Positions 43,242-55,069 of a stretch of 64,000 bases of DNA are shown in pieces. The position numbers and the translations under genes were made by a program. This DNA comes from an uncultured Gammaproteobacteria bacterium (GTDB lineage: Bacteria > Pseudomonadota > Gammaproteobacteria > UBA9214), in assembly GCA_963773065.1 (NCBI GenBank), contig CAVYZN010000011.1, positions 128,001-192,000 on the forward strand, read 5' to 3'. Below the pieces are notes generated by a model that ran no database searches, was not told the DNA's origin, and was given only the letters and a program-made list of their open reading frames with translations. Each line of letters begins with the position of its first letter. Position 1 is the first letter of the stretch.

Positions 43242-43688
43242 ATGGAAGTCATATTGCTGGAGAAGATCGAAAATCTGGGCGCCATGGGCGACCGTGTCAA
43301 AGTGAAACCCGGTTATGGTCGTAATTTTCTGATTCCGCAAGGCAAAGCGGCGGCGGCGACGGCGCAGAACATCGCCGCGTTCGAGGCGCGGCGGGCGGAG
43401 CTGGAAAAAGCCGCGGACGAGGCCCTTGCCACGGCCGCGGCGCGCCGCGACCAGCTGGCCGGCCTGATCATCAGGCTGTCCGCGAAGGCGGGTGATGAAG
43501 GCAAGCTGTTCGGGTCGATCGGCACCGTGGATATCGCAAGCGCCATCACCGCCGCCGGCGTCAAGGTTGAACGCCATGAGATCCGCCTGCCGAACGGTCC
43601 ATTGCGCCAGGTGGGCGAGCACGGGGTACAACTGCATCTGCACAGCGATGTCAATGTCGATATAAGACTTGTCATTGAAGCGGAATAA
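43242..43688 (+). CDS. rplI: 50S ribosomal protein L9
   Basis: [25 protein letters not shown]. Confidence 0.98.
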   Translation: MEVILLEKIENLGAMGDRVKVKPGYGRNFLIPQGKAAAATAQNIAAFEARRAELEKAADEALATAAARRDQLAGLIIRLSAKAGDEGKLFGSIGTVDIASAITAAGVKVERHEIRLPNGPLRQVGEHGVQLHLHSDVNVDIRLVIEAE

Positions 43689-43693
43689 TAATG

Positions 43694-43990
43694 CCTACAG
43701 GGATGTAGGTACATCGCGTAGCGCAGGGACGCGCGGGAGCGATGCGCCGTAAGGGATGGCCGCTCCGGACATCCTGTCCTCGCGCGGCACTCGTACATCC
43801 ATGTACATCGTAGGTACGGCCGTTCTCGCGCGCCGCTCCCGGCATCCTCGGTAACTGCTCCTGCGTTATTCTACCTCCTGCATCCCTGCAGTCGTGCCTA
43901 CCGCGGCACTTGCACCATCCATGTGCGTCGTCCTGTGCTCCGCGACACTCGGACTTCCTGTCCATCGCCGTGCACGCACAAAGCCACGGC
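43694..43990. repeat. Mosaic of nested short repeats (CTACAGGGATGTAGG / CATCCMTGT family)
   Basis: CCTACAGGGATGTAGG, GGACATCCTGTCC, CGGCACTCGTACATCCATGTAC, and reverse copy of the 27641 unit (CTACCTCCTGCATCCCTGCAGTCG). Confidence 0.7.
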
Positions 43991-44087
43991 GAATTCAAGA
44001 TGTTCATTGCCGGGCGTTTGTGCTATTAATTCGCCCGGGGCAATAGCAGTACGACAGCAGCATTAAAAATTAAATAACTTTAATTCC

Positions 44088-45486
44088 ATGGCTGAATCGC
44101 TACGTTCCGCTGACGTCATTCGAACCGAAACCGAGGTCCTGAAAGTACCGCCGCATTCGCATGCAGGCGGAGCAGGCCGTGCTGGGCGGGCTGATGCTCG
44201 ACAACATGGCCTGGGACAAGGTGGCCGATCATGTCATCGAGGGTGATTTCTACCGCCGCGATCACCGCCTGGTATTCCGCGCCATCGCGGAACTGGCCGA
44301 GCGCAACAGTCCGTGCGATGCCGTAACCCTGTCGGAATGGCTGGCGCAGCACAAGCTGCTGGATGACGTGGGCGGGCTGGCCACTCTGGCTGCTCTGGTG
44401 CAGGGCACGCCGAGCGCCGCCAATATCCAGGCCTATGCCGATATCGTCCGCGAGCATTCCGTGCTGCGGCAATTGATCTCGGTCGGCAACGAGATCGCCG
44501 GCAGCGCCTACCTCACCGAAGGCCGCAGCTCGGGTGAACTGCTGGAACATGCCGAGCAGCAGGTGTTCCAGATCGCCGAACGCGGCGCGCGCGGACAGCG
44601 CGGCTTTCGCAGCATACGCAGCCTGCTGGGCGCGGCCGTCGACCGCATCGACAAGCTGTTCCAGCAGGATGAGCCCATTACCGGCATCTCCACCGGCTTT
44701 GCCGACCTGGACGAGATGACGGCCGGCCTGCAGCCCTCGGACCTGATCATCGTGGCCGGGCGTCCTTCCATGGGCAAGACCACGCTGGCGATGAACTTTG
44801 CCGAGAATGCCGCCATCAGGCACCAGGTGCCGGTGGCGATCTTCAGCATGGAAATGCCGGGCGAACAACTGGCGCTGCGCATGATGTCTTCACTCGGGCA
44901 CATCGACCAGCACAAAATCCGCACCGGCAAGCTGGACGACGATGACTGGCCGCGCCTGACCTCCGCGGTCAGTCTGCTCGATTCCGCTCCGCTGTTCATC
45001 GACGACACGCCGGCCCTGTCGCCGACCGAGATGCGCGCCCGCGCGCGGCGCCTCAAGCGTGAGCACAATATCGGAATGATCGTCATCGACTATCTGCAGC
45101 TCATGCAGGTTCCGGGCACGCGTGAAAACCGGACTACGGAAATCTCGGAGATTTCGCGCAACCTCAAGGCGCTGGCCAAGGAAATGGAGGTGCCCGTGGT
45201 CGCGCTCTCGCAGCTCAATCGCGGTCTCGAACAGCGCACCGACAAACGCCCGGTCATGTCCGACCTGCGCGAATCCGGGGCCATCGAGCAGGATGCGGAT
45301 CTCATCCTGTTCATCTACCGCGATGAGGTCTACCACGAGGACAGCCCGCGCAAGGGCATCGCCGAGATCATCATCGGCAAGCAGCGCAACGGTCCCATCG
45401 GCACCCGTCACCTCACCTTCCGCGGCCAGTTCACCCGCTTCGAGAACTACACCGATGATGTCTACACGGGCGGTGAGTTTGGATGA
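44088..45486 (+). CDS. dnaB: Replicative DNA helicase DnaB; 5' frameshifts
   Basis: KVPPHS, AEQAVLGGL, GRPSMGKT, IDYLQLM, DLRESGAIEQDAD, KQRNGPIG. Confidence 0.97.
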
Positions 45487-46560
45487 CGCGCCCCGTGCGG
45501 GCGCGCATCGACCTGCCGGCCCTGCAGCATAACTTCGAACGCGTCAGGCAATGCGCCCCGGGCAGCCGGGTCATGGCCATCGTCAAGGCGCACGCCTACG
45601 GTCACGGTTTGCTCAACGTCGCGCGGGCCCTTCCCGAGGCCGATGCGTTTGGGGTCGTGTCCGTGGATGAGGCGATCTCCCTGCGTGAGGCCGGTTTCGA
45701 CCGGCGCATCGTGCTGCTGGAAGGCCTGTACGAGGCCGATGAAACCGGTCTGGCCGGCGGTTACCGCGTGGATGTCGTCATTCATCATGCCGATCAGATC
45801 AGGATGCTGGAGCAGGCCCGGCCCGGGCGGTCGCTGCAGGTGTGGCTCAAGATCGACACCGGGATGCACCGCCTGGGCTTCGAGCCGGACGCCGTTCCCG
45901 CCGTCATGGAACGCCTGCGCCGCATGCGCACGGGTGGCGGACATCCGTTATCTCTCGCATTTCAGCCGCGCCGATGAGGCGCACGACGATTACACCCTGC
46001 GGCAATACCGGCTCTTCCTGCAGTCTATCGAAGGGCTGCAGGGCGAGCGCTCGCTGGCCAACTCCGCGGCCGTGCTGGCCTGGCCCGACGCCCACCTCGA
46101 GTGGGTGCGCCCCGGTGTCATGCTCTACGGCGGCTCCCCGCTGCAACATAAAACCGCGACTGAACTCGGTCTGCAGGCGGTGATGACGCTCGGCACGCAA
46201 TTGATTGCCGTGACACAGCGGCGCCAGGGCGATCCCGTGGGTTACGGCGCCGGCTGGGTGTGTCCGGAGCCGATGCGCATCGGCATCGCGGCGATCGGCT
46301 ACGGTGATGGTTATCCGCGCCATGCGCCGAGCGGGACACCGGTACTGGTCAACGGCCGGCGGGCGGCGCTCGCGGGGCGTGTGTCCATGGACATGATCGG
46401 CATCGATTTGCGCGGGCATCCCGAGGCCTGTGTCGGCGATCCCGTCACCCTGTGGGGCGAGGGCCTGCCCATCGATGAAGTCGCGGCGGCGGCGGGTACG
46501 ATCTCCTATGAATTGTTCTGCGGGGTGAACAACCGGGTGCTTTTTGACTATGTCGAATGA
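45483..46560 (+). CDS. alr: Alanine racemase; frameshift near 45930
   Basis: AIVKAHAYGHG, KIDTGMHRLG, VRPGVMLYG, GYGDGYPR, GRVSMDM. Confidence 0.95.
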
Positions 46561-46606
46561 GGCGCGGGATTGCCATCCGCGCAGGCATGCGGGCTAGACT
46601 TCCCTG

Positions 46607-48016
46607 ATGGCCAGACCCCGATCGGTTTATGCCTGCGGCGCCTGTGGCGCGCAGTTCCCCCAGTGGGCCGGGCAGTGCGGGGACTGCGGCGCCTGGAATA
46701 CGCTCACCGAGGTGGTCGCCGCGGCCACGCCGCGCACCGGACGCAACGCCGGCTATGCCGGTGATGCCGCTGTGACGGTGACCCGCCTGTCGGCCGTCAA
46801 GCCGGATTCACACACACGCTCCTCGGTTGGCCTGCTGGAACTCGACCGCGTCCTGGGGGGCGGGCTGGTGGCGGGATCGGTGGTGTTGATCGGCGGCGAT
46901 CCGGGCATCGGCAAATCCACGCTGCTGCTGCAGGTGCTCGCGGCCCTGCCCGCCGCCATGAGCCCGCTCTATGTGACGGGCGAGGAGTCGCCGGAACAGG
47001 TCTCGCTGCGCGCCGCCCGCCTTGGCATCCAGGGCGATAATGTGCAACTGGTCTCGGAAACGTCCGTGGAACGGATCATCGAGACGGCGCGCCGGGAAAG
47101 GCCGCGGGTCATGGTGCTGGATTCCATTCAGACCCTGTATACCGAGACCCTGCAATCGGCGCCGGGCTCGGTCGCGCAGGTCCGGGAAAGCGCCGCGCAA
47201 CTGGTCCGTTTCGCCAAGCAGACCGGCACCGCCCTGTTCCTGGTCGGTCACGTGACCAAGGAGGGCATGCTGGCCGGACCGCGGGTACTCGAGCACATGG
47301 TGGACACGGTGCTGTATTTCGAGGGTGACCCCGGCGATCGTTACCGGATCCTGCGCGCCATCAAGAACCGTTTCGGCGCCGTGAATGAAATCGGCGTGTT
47401 CGCCATGACGGAGCGGGGTCTCAGGGAGGTGCGCAACCCTTCCGCCATCTTCCTATCGCGGCACCAGATCGCGGTGCCCGGCAGCGTGGTGATGGTGACC
47501 TGGGAGGGTACCCGCCCGTTGCTGGTGGAAGTGCAGGCGCTGGTTGACCAGAGCCAGCTCGGCAACCCGCGGCGCGTTACCCTGGGATTGGAGCAGAACC
47601 GGCTTTCCATGCTGCTGGCGGTGCTGCACCGGCACGGCGGACTGCTCACCGGGGATCAGGACGTCTTCGTCAATGTCGTCGGCGGTGTACGGGTCAGCGA
47701 AACCGCGGCCGACATGGCCGTGCTGCTGGCGGTGGTATCCAGTTTCCGCAACCAGCCGCTGCCCGGCGACCTGGTCGTGTTCGGGGAGATCGGTCTCTCC
47801 GGTGAACTCAGGCCCGTGCCGAACGGCCAGGAGCGCCTGCAGGAGGCGGCCAAGCACGGTTTTCACCAGGCCATCATTCCCGCCGCCAACAAGCCTAAGC
47901 AGCCGGTCCAGGGTCTGGAGGTGACCGCGGTTGACCGTCTGGCGCAGGTACTGGAATCAGATCTCAGGCGGGTCGAGAGTTCCTGCTCGCAGCAGCGGGG
48001 GTGTCACCCAGGTTGA
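46607..48016 (+). CDS. radA: DNA repair protein RadA/Sms
   Basis: CxxC..CxxC zinc finger, GDPGIGKST, KNRFG. Confidence 0.96.
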   Translation: MARPRSVYACGACGAQFPQWAGQCGDCGAWNTLTEVVAAATPRTGRNAGYAGDAAVTVTRLSAVKPDSHTRSSVGLLELDRVLGGGLVAGSVVLIGGDPGIGKSTLLLQVLAALPAAMSPLYVTGEESPEQVSLRAARLGIQGDNVQLVSETSVERIIETARRERPRVMVLDSIQTLYTETLQSAPGSVAQVRESAAQLVRFAKQTGTALFLVGHVTKEGMLAGPRVLEHMVDTVLYFEGDPGDRYRILRAIKNRFGAVNEIGVFAMTERGLREVRNPSAIFLSRHQIAVPGSVVMVTWEGTRPLLVEVQALVDQSQLGNPRRVTLGLEQNRLSMLLAVLHRHGGLLTGDQDVFVNVVGGVRVSETAADMAVLLAVVSSFRNQPLPGDLVVFGEIGLSGELRPVPNGQERLQEAAKHGFHQAIIPAANKPKQPVQGLEVTAVDRLAQVLESDLRRVESSCSQQRGCHPG

Positions 48017-48364
48017 TTTCCACCAGCCAGCGGATGACGTCCCTGCCATGTTCATCCAGCTCGGCGAAGGCCATGCCCAGCCGGTCCCTGTCGACCTGCC
48101 GGGTGACGACCTCCGTGCTGAAGTAGGACTGGTTGGCCAGTTGCACCCGAGGGTGTAGGGCGTGCCCGTGCGGCCCGTCCAGCCATCCGGGAGTTCAACC
48201 AGGGCGCCGCTCAATGAGAGATCGATCAGGCGTGTTTCCCACCGCTCCTCAGGCGTGACCAGCATGGCCGGCGCATGCAGTGACACGCGGGTGTAGTGGC
48301 GTTGTCGGGCGGTTCCGGGGTCTTTATGCGGGTTCCCGCTTCCTCGGCCCCGGGCCGGATTCAA
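47957..48364 (-). CDS. PilZ-domain protein; frameshifted, possibly fused to the upstream FHA protein
   Basis: RHYTR (RxxxR) and DLSLSG (DxSxxG); C-terminal GMAFAELD..RWLVEINLGD in adjacent frame. Confidence 0.75.
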   Translation of the reverse strand: MNPARGRGSGNPHKDPGTARQRHYTRVSLHAPAMLVTPEERWETRLIDLSLSGALVELPDGWTGRTGTPYTLGCNWPTSPTSARRSSPGRSTGTGWAWPSPSWMNMAGTSSAGWWKSTWVTPPLLRAGTLDPPEI

Positions 48365-48944
48365 GGTTGTATTCGAACTCGAGTCCCCCCCATGGCGATG
48401 CGGTCGCCCGCATTCAGCGGGTAGGCGTCTTCACCGATGGTTACCCGGTTGACCTGCGGGAAAACCTCACCTTCCAGGTGTGACAGGTAATATCCGTCTT
48501 CACGGCGGCTGATCATGGCCGCGAGGGAGCCGGCGTTGCCGAAGCGCGTGACCGGGTTGTCGAGATGGATGAGCCTTCCCCGGTGCTTGCCGCCGAGTAT
48601 CCTGAGCGCCCCCCGCTGGGGGCTTATGGCCGCATGCAGGTGCCCAGGGACATGGGCGGGATCGTCGGTGAAAACCAGTGTGTAGCCGCCGAGGAAGATG
48701 ACGTCCCCATCCTGAAGCGGGTGTTCGTGCACGGTACCATGATTGACCTGCAGCCCTCATCGCCGGCGGTGGCGACGAGGTGATAGTCTCTTCCGTTGTA
48801 GGCGATTCTGGCGTGTACCGGGCGCAGGGACAGATCGTCGATCGAGATGTCGCACGCAGGATCGGCACCGATCAGGATGCCTCTGCCGGTCAGTAACAGG
48901 GATTTCAGTGGATTGCTGCCGAGACTCAGTGTCAGTTTCGCCAT
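48361..48944 (-). CDS. Tandem FHA-domain protein; frameshift near 48740
   Basis: ILIGADPACDISIDD..VHARI; LQDGDVIFLGGYTLVF; second repeat ..VNRVTIG..LNAGDRI. Confidence 0.7.
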
Positions 48945-49073
48945 GGCGGCTGCCTTGATGTCATTCGCTTCCGTGCCGATATTCCCAGACTCGGGCACGG
49001 CAAGTAAAGCCGGGCTGGCCGATCCGCGGATCAGACCGTGTTCCAAAAGGACGCGGCGGTTGGACGGCAGCGC

Positions 49074-50360
49074 TCAGGCATTGCCCGCGTCGGCGTGCTG
49101 ATCCGCGAGCGCCGGATGAATGCGTACGGTCTTGACCATGTTTTCCCTGATCAGCAGGATATCAACCGGATGCCGGTCGAGCAGCAGGCTGGTGCCGGCA
49201 TCCGGGATCATCTCCAGATATTCGATAATCAGTCCATTCAGGGTCTTGGGGCCGTCGGTTGGCAGCGCCATATGCAACGCCGTATTCAGTGTGCGGATGG
49301 TGATGGAGCCGTCAACCAGCCAGGTGCCGTCCTGCTGGGGCACGATGTTATCGAACTGCGCCGCCGGATCGGAGGTGAACTCCCCGACGATTTCCTCGAG
49401 GATGTCTGCGAGGGTGGTCAGCCCCTGCATGTCGCCGTATTCATCCACGACGAAGCCGATGCGGCGCTTGTTGCGCTGGAAATTGAGCAACTGCCGGTTC
49501 AGCGGGGTGTTCTCCGGAATGAAATAGGGCTCGCGCGCGATGCGTTGCAGGGCGGCACGGTCGAGATCCTCCCGGTACAGCAGCGGCAGGACGTCGCGCA
49601 TGTGCAGTACGCCGATGACGTGGTCGATATTTTCGCGATACAGCGGCAGGCGGGTGTACTGGCTGCCCGACAGTTGGCTGATGATGGCATCCCAGTCCGC
49701 GTCAACGTCGATCCCGATGACGTCGTTGCGCGGTACCATGATGTCCTCGACCGTGACCTTCTCGAGGTCCATGAGATTGAGCAGCATCTCCTGGTGACGC
49801 TGCGGAATCATGGCGCCGGCTTCCTTGACGACGGTGCGCAGTTCCTCGGTGGTCAGGGCGTTGGACGCCTGCGCCTCGGTCGACACACCGAGCCCCTTCA
49901 GAACGGCGTTGACGATGATATTCACCATCCACACCAAGGGATACAGCAGTTTAAGCAGCGGGATATAGATCTAGGCCGACGGCAGGGCGATGCGCTCCGG
50001 GTGCAGCGCGGCCAGGGTTTTCGGCATGACATCCGCGAAGATCAGGATCACCAGCGTCAGGACCCCGGCGGCAATGGCGATCCCGGATTCGCCCCAGAGC
50101 TTGAGCGCGATGAGGGTGGTGAGCGTGGAGGCGACGATGTCGGTGAAATTTCTGCCGAGCAGGATCACGCCGATCAGGCGGTCGGGGCGTTCGAGCAGCC
50201 GCGCCGCGCGCTGCGCGCCGGGGTGACCCTGCTCCGCGAGGTGGCGCAGCCGGTAACGGTTCAGGGCCATCAGCCCGGTTTCGGAGCCGGAGAAAAAGGC
50301 GGACAGCAGGATCAGGATAAACAGCGCAAAGAAAAGTACGCCGAGGTGGATGTCGTCCAA
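49074..50360 (-). CDS. HlyC/CorC (CNNM + CBS + CorC) family protein; in-frame TAG at 49971-49973
   Basis: SAFFSGSETG, TVEDIMVPR, VVDEYGDMQGL, DILEEIVGE; two ORFs in the same frame. Confidence 0.9.
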
Positions 50361-50437
50361 ACGGGGACAGCCTCTGGTTGGATGCGGGCGCTTATAGTAC
50401 GGAAATTTGTCCCCGCCTGTCAGTTCATGCGGCCGGT

Positions 50438-51249
50438 TCAGCGGTTCAACACCAGTTCCAGCACGAACTTGCTGCCGAAATAGGCCAGCATCAGGAACAC
50501 AAATCCGCCCACGGTCCAGTTGATCGCGAGCCGGCTGCGCCAGCCATACCGCCAGCGGCCCCAGAGCAGGGTGGCGAACACCAGCCAGGCGATGATGGAA
50601 AGCACGGTTTTATGGACCAGGTGTTGGGCAAAAATGTCCTCGAGAAACAAGGCCCCCGTGACCAGCGACAGGGTGAGCAGTGTAAACCCGATGGCGATCA
50701 TCTGGAACATCAGGTATTCCATGGTCTGCAGGGGCGGCAAGGAACGGATAAAGCCACCGGGTTGCCGGTTGTGCAGGTGGCGGTCCTGTATCGACAGCAG
50801 CAGCGCCTGCAGGACCGCAAGCCCGAGGATACTGTAGGCGAGCAGTGAAATCAGAATATGCGACATCGAGCTGCCAGGAGCCCGATTTGGGTAACAACGT
50901 GTTTTGCAGGAAACAGGAACATCATCCCGATACTCAGCGCGGCCACCGGGAACACGGGTATGCCCAGATTCTCCACCGGTTCCTGAAACGAGGCCAGCAT
51001 CAGCAGCGCCGCGGTGATCAGGAAGATCAGGGAAACCGCATTGAAGAAAGCGAGATTGAGCCCGTTCGGCGTCAGGATGGTTGGGTAGAGCAGGCTGGCG
51101 TGCAGCAGGACGGCAATGCCGCTGATCAGCAAGATCTGGTTGCTGTGACAGCCCGGACCCGAGTAACAGTGCGCGAGCCGCAGTGCAAGCAGGACACTGG
51201 CCAGCACGTACAACACGATGGCGATCGATCCGGCGATCAGGGTTGTCAT
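50438..51249 (-). CDS. YpjD/CcsA-like cytochrome c assembly family membrane protein; frameshifts
   Basis: HILISLLAYS, LPPLQTME, AQHLVHKTVLS, LAYFGSKFVLE; divergent from ffh. Confidence 0.85.
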
Positions 51250-51414
51250 GACGAGGGTAGGATGCCGATTTCAGGGCGTCATCATCGCATAACTCGATAG
51301 GGCATTGAAGTAGGGGTGGACCGGGGGACAGCGACATTTCCGTGCCGGTGATTTTCATTCCGGCTATAATTCACTCGCCAGATTCCGCTGATCAAGACGG
51401 TTGCCAGACCCCAC

Positions 51415-52812
51415 ATGTTTGACAATCTCACCGAACGACTGTCCAGAACCATCAGGAACCTGCGCGGCCAGGGCCGGTTGACCGAGGAAAATATCCAGGC
51501 GACCTTGCGCGAGGTGCGTATGGCGCTGCTCGAAGCCGATGTCGCATTGCCCGTGGTGAAGGACTTCATCGACCGAGTGCGGGAGCGGGCATACCGGGCA
51601 GGAGGTGCTTAAAAGCCTGACGCCGGGCCAGACCCTGGTCAAGGTGGTCAATGATGAACTGATCCGGGTCATGGGCGTGGCCAATGATGCCCTTAATCTG
51701 AATGTCCCGCCGCCTGCGGTGATTCTGATGGCCGGTCTGCAGGGTTCCGGCAAGACGACCAGCAGCGCCAAACTGGCGCTCTGGCTGCGGGAACGCGCGA
51801 GAAAACCGTGCTGCTCGCGAGCTGTGACGTCTACCGCCCGGCCGCCATCGATCAGCTGAAGACGCTGGCCGCCCAGATCGAAGCCGAGTTTTACCCAAGC
51901 TACCCGGACCAGGACGCCGGTGGCGATTGCGCGGGAGGCCGTCAGTCAGGCGCGCAAGCAGCACTCGACGTGGTCATCATCGATACGGCCGGCCGTCTGC
52001 ATATCGATGAGGATATGATGACGGAGATTCGCCGGCTGCATGAGACATTGCAGCCGGTCGAGACTCTGTTTGTCGTCGACAGCATGACGGGCCAGGATGC
52101 GGCCAATACGGCGCGTACCTTCAATGAGGCCCTGCCGCTTACCGGCGTGATCCTGACCAAGACGGATGGCGATGCCCGTGGCGGCGCCGCGCTGTCCATC
52201 CGCGCCATTACCGGAAAACCGATCAAATTCCTGGGAGTTGGCGAGAAGACGGCCGCGCTGGAGCCGTTTCACCCGGAACGACTTGCCTCGCGCATCCTGG
52301 GTATGGGTGACGTGCTGAGCCTGGTCGAGGAGGCCGAGCGCAAAGTCGACAAGGAGAAGGTCGCGCGGCTTGCCAGCAAGATATCGAAGGGAAAACGCTT
52401 CGATATGGATGACTTCCGCGAGCAACTGGAACAGATGCTGAACATGGGGGGGCTGACGGGTCTGATGGACAAGCTGCCGGGCATGGGACAACTGCCGCAG
52501 AATGCCAAGGCCATGGTGAATGACCGTGAAATACACCGCATGGTCGCCATCATCAATTCCATGACCCGGCAGGAACGCAGTTTTCCCGATGTCATCAAGG
52601 GGTCGCGTCGGCGGCGCATCGCCGCCGGTTCCGGAACGCAGGTGCAGGATGTGAACCGGCTGCTCAAGCAATATCTGCAGATGCGCAAGATGATGCAGAA
52701 GATGTCCAAAGGCGGCATGGGTAAGATGCTACGCAGCCTGAAGGGCAAGTCGCCCCAGGGATTTCCGTTCCAGGGTACTGTGATCCCGGCGGTTTATCCG
52801 GCTTGGAAATAA
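51415..52812 (+). CDS. ffh: Signal recognition particle protein Ffh; frameshifts
   Basis: MFDNLTERL, GLQGSGKTT, DVYRPAA, DTAGRLH, GDARGGAALS, SRRRRIAAGSG. Confidence 0.96.
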
Positions 52813-52835
52813 AAACGGTGGCCTGGGCCACCGTT
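52811..52835. terminator. Hairpin terminator with U-tract on the minus strand
   Basis: AAAAACGGTGGCC-TG-GGCCACCGTT. Confidence 0.75.
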
Positions 52836-53022
52836 CAATACTGCGCTTGATCGGCTTACGTTGTCGTAAGATTTATTACTGCTGTCTATTTTTTCCACAA
52901 TGCCGTGCGCGAACCCGTTTATTATTGTAGTGATGATGTGCTATTTGTTGTTGCGCTTACATTCGGGTTGAATGCTCCCCCACCTGATTGTTGTTTGCTG
53001 CACGGACGTCTGCTGAAATTGC
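52811..53022 (-). ncRNA. Candidate CrcZ-like sRNA with AANAANAA motifs
   Basis: Minus strand AACAACAA x2, AATAATAA, AGTAATAAA; sigma54-like TGGCATAGGATTGC at 53048-53035 (spacer one base short); terminator 52835-52811. Confidence 0.45.
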
Positions 53023-53446
53023 ATAGTTATGTAGGCAATCCTATGCCATCTAATAAAATATCAGTTATTGCAGATAGTTGGATTGCGTCACCTAATGCGC
53101 ACTAGCGTCTATTGCGCTTGATGAGTAAATAAAATCGACAACGCATACCCGTCAGATGAGTCGAAAATCGTAGTAACTTGATAGAAATGCTTTCAGCGAC
53201 AAAGAGATGGCAGGTATTCACAAAACTGTCCTCAGAAAAAATCCGATGTAATAATACCGACAATCCGACGGCGATTATTGCCACTGATGATCTCTGCGTT
53301 GTTCCAGGACGGCACTGGCCGTCATCCCGGTAAAGCGTGTCAGCTAGCCCTTCACTTTTACCGGCATTCGCGTAGAATTATGCGGTTTTAACGATAGCGC
53401 CGGTTCGCCGGCGGCAGTAACGCAAACGAAGCGAGGATATAGATTC

Positions 53447-53692
53447 ATGGTGACGATCAGGATGTCACGCGGCGGCGCCAAGAAGCGCCCCTTCTACCAC
53501 ATCGTGGTTACCGACAGCCGCAACCGGCGGGACGGCCGCTACATCGAACGTATCGGCTTTTTCAATCCGATTGCGACCGGCGGTGAAGAAAAGGTCAGAA
53601 TAGATACCGAACGTGCGGATTTCTGGTGCGCCCGGGGCGCTCAGCTCAGCGATCGTGTCGCCCAGTTGATAAAGTCGCAGCGGCAGCAGTAA
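53447..53692 (+). CDS. rpsP: 30S ribosomal protein S16
   Basis: [32 protein letters not shown]. Confidence 0.98.
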   Translation: MVTIRMSRGGAKKRPFYHIVVTDSRNRRDGRYIERIGFFNPIATGGEEKVRIDTERADFWCARGAQLSDRVAQLIKSQRQQ

Positions 53693-53729
53693 ATCACGTG
53701 CCTTCCGGATAACCGTATCCGGGGGTGAA

Positions 53730-54268
53730 ATGGCGGTTGATCTCGACAGCGGCGCGCCCGGGACTGACGATAGCCCGATCATCATGGGCCGTATTGCCGG
53801 CCCTTACGGCGTCAAGGGTTGGCTGCGGGTGGTGTCCTACACCCGGCAACCAGACAAGCTGATCGAGTACACACCCTGGTATCTGCGGCGTGACAACACG
53901 TGGCTGATCCAGCGGGGTAGTTGAGGCAAAGCGTCATGGTAGGGTCCTGCTGGCGCGGTTGCCGGGCTACGAGGACCGCGACAGGGCGGCTGCAACTGGC
54001 CGGTACGGATATCGGTATCTGCCAGGAGACAGTTGCCCGCAACCGCGGCGGATGAGTACTACTGGAGCGACCTCATCGGGTTGCCGGTGGTGACGCTGGA
54101 TGGCTTGGTGCTCGGGACAGTGGACCACCTGATCGAGACCGGCGCCAATGATGTCCTCGTGGTCAAGGGTGAGCGGGAGCGTTGATACCTTTTATCCAGG
54201 GGCAGGTCATTGCGCTGGTTGACCTCGACACCCGCGTTATACGGGTCGACTGGGATCCGGACTTCTGA
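53730..54268 (+). CDS. rimM: Ribosome maturation factor RimM; frameshifts
   Basis: [39 protein letters not shown]. Confidence 0.93.
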
Positions 54269-54279
54269 CCTGAGGGTAC

Positions 54280-55069
54280 ATGCGCATCGATGTGGTTACC
54301 CTGTTTCCCGAGATGATCCGGGCACAGGCCAGTTATGGAATCCAGGGCAGGGCACTCGCGCAGGGACTGGTCGAGCTGGTGACCTGGAACCCCAGGGATT
54401 ACACCCTGGACAGGCACGGGTCGGTGGACGACAAGCCCTATGGCGGCGGTCCGGGAATGGTCATGCAGGTGCAGCCGCTGCGCGCCGCCATACAGGCGGC
54501 GAGAACGGCGGGACCGTCGCGCACCGGTCATTTACCTGTCGCCGCAGGGCGTGAAGTTTGCCCAGGACAAGGCGCGCCGCCTCGCCGGTCTGGAACGCCT
54601 GATCCTGCTGGCCGGGCGCTATGAAGGCGTCGATGAACGACTCATCGACATGGAAGTGGATGAGGAACTGTCGATCGGGGACTATGTCCTGAGCGGCGGC
54701 GAATTGCCGGTGCTGGTCGTGATGGATGCCATCACGCGACTGCTGCCCGGTGCGCTGGGTGATGCGGATTCCGCCCGCGAGGATTCCTTCATGGACGGTC
54801 TGCTGGATTATCCGCACTACACGCGGCCGGAACAGATCGAGGGGCGGCGGGTGCCTGAGGTGCTGCTGAGCGGGAACCATGCCGGGATACGCCGCTGGCG
54901 CCGCAAGCAGGCGCTTGGCAGGACCCGCCTGAGACGGCCGGACCTGCTGGAAGCGCTGACGCTGGATGACGATGAGCAGGCCTTGTTGAACGAGTTTTTA
55001 GAAGAGTATGACAAAGGGATCGTCAGACTGACGGCGGTCTTTCGGATGCAACAGAGGATTGAGTCATGA
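54280..55069 (+). CDS. trmD: tRNA (guanine-N1) methyltransferase TrmD; frameshift near 54520
   Basis: [40 protein letters not shown]. Confidence 0.96.

Noticed and set aside
43694-43990. CRISPR or coding ORFs between rplI and dnaB
   Set aside because: Irregular nested palindromes with no constant repeat-spacer period; ORFs here are repeat-derived.
49971-49973. TAG recoding (pyrrolysine or alternative code)
   Set aside because: htpG, the AAA ATPase and the transposase end normally at TAG; single instance in an error-prone context.
50438-51249. Second (System II) heme lyase dedicated to the cytochromes
   Set aside because: YpjD-like gene in its usual position divergent from ffh; no WWD motif and no CcsB partner seen.
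52905-53284. Small ORFs between ffh and rpsP
   Set aside because: No RBS, atypical composition and no motifs; an ncRNA/promoter interpretation fits better.
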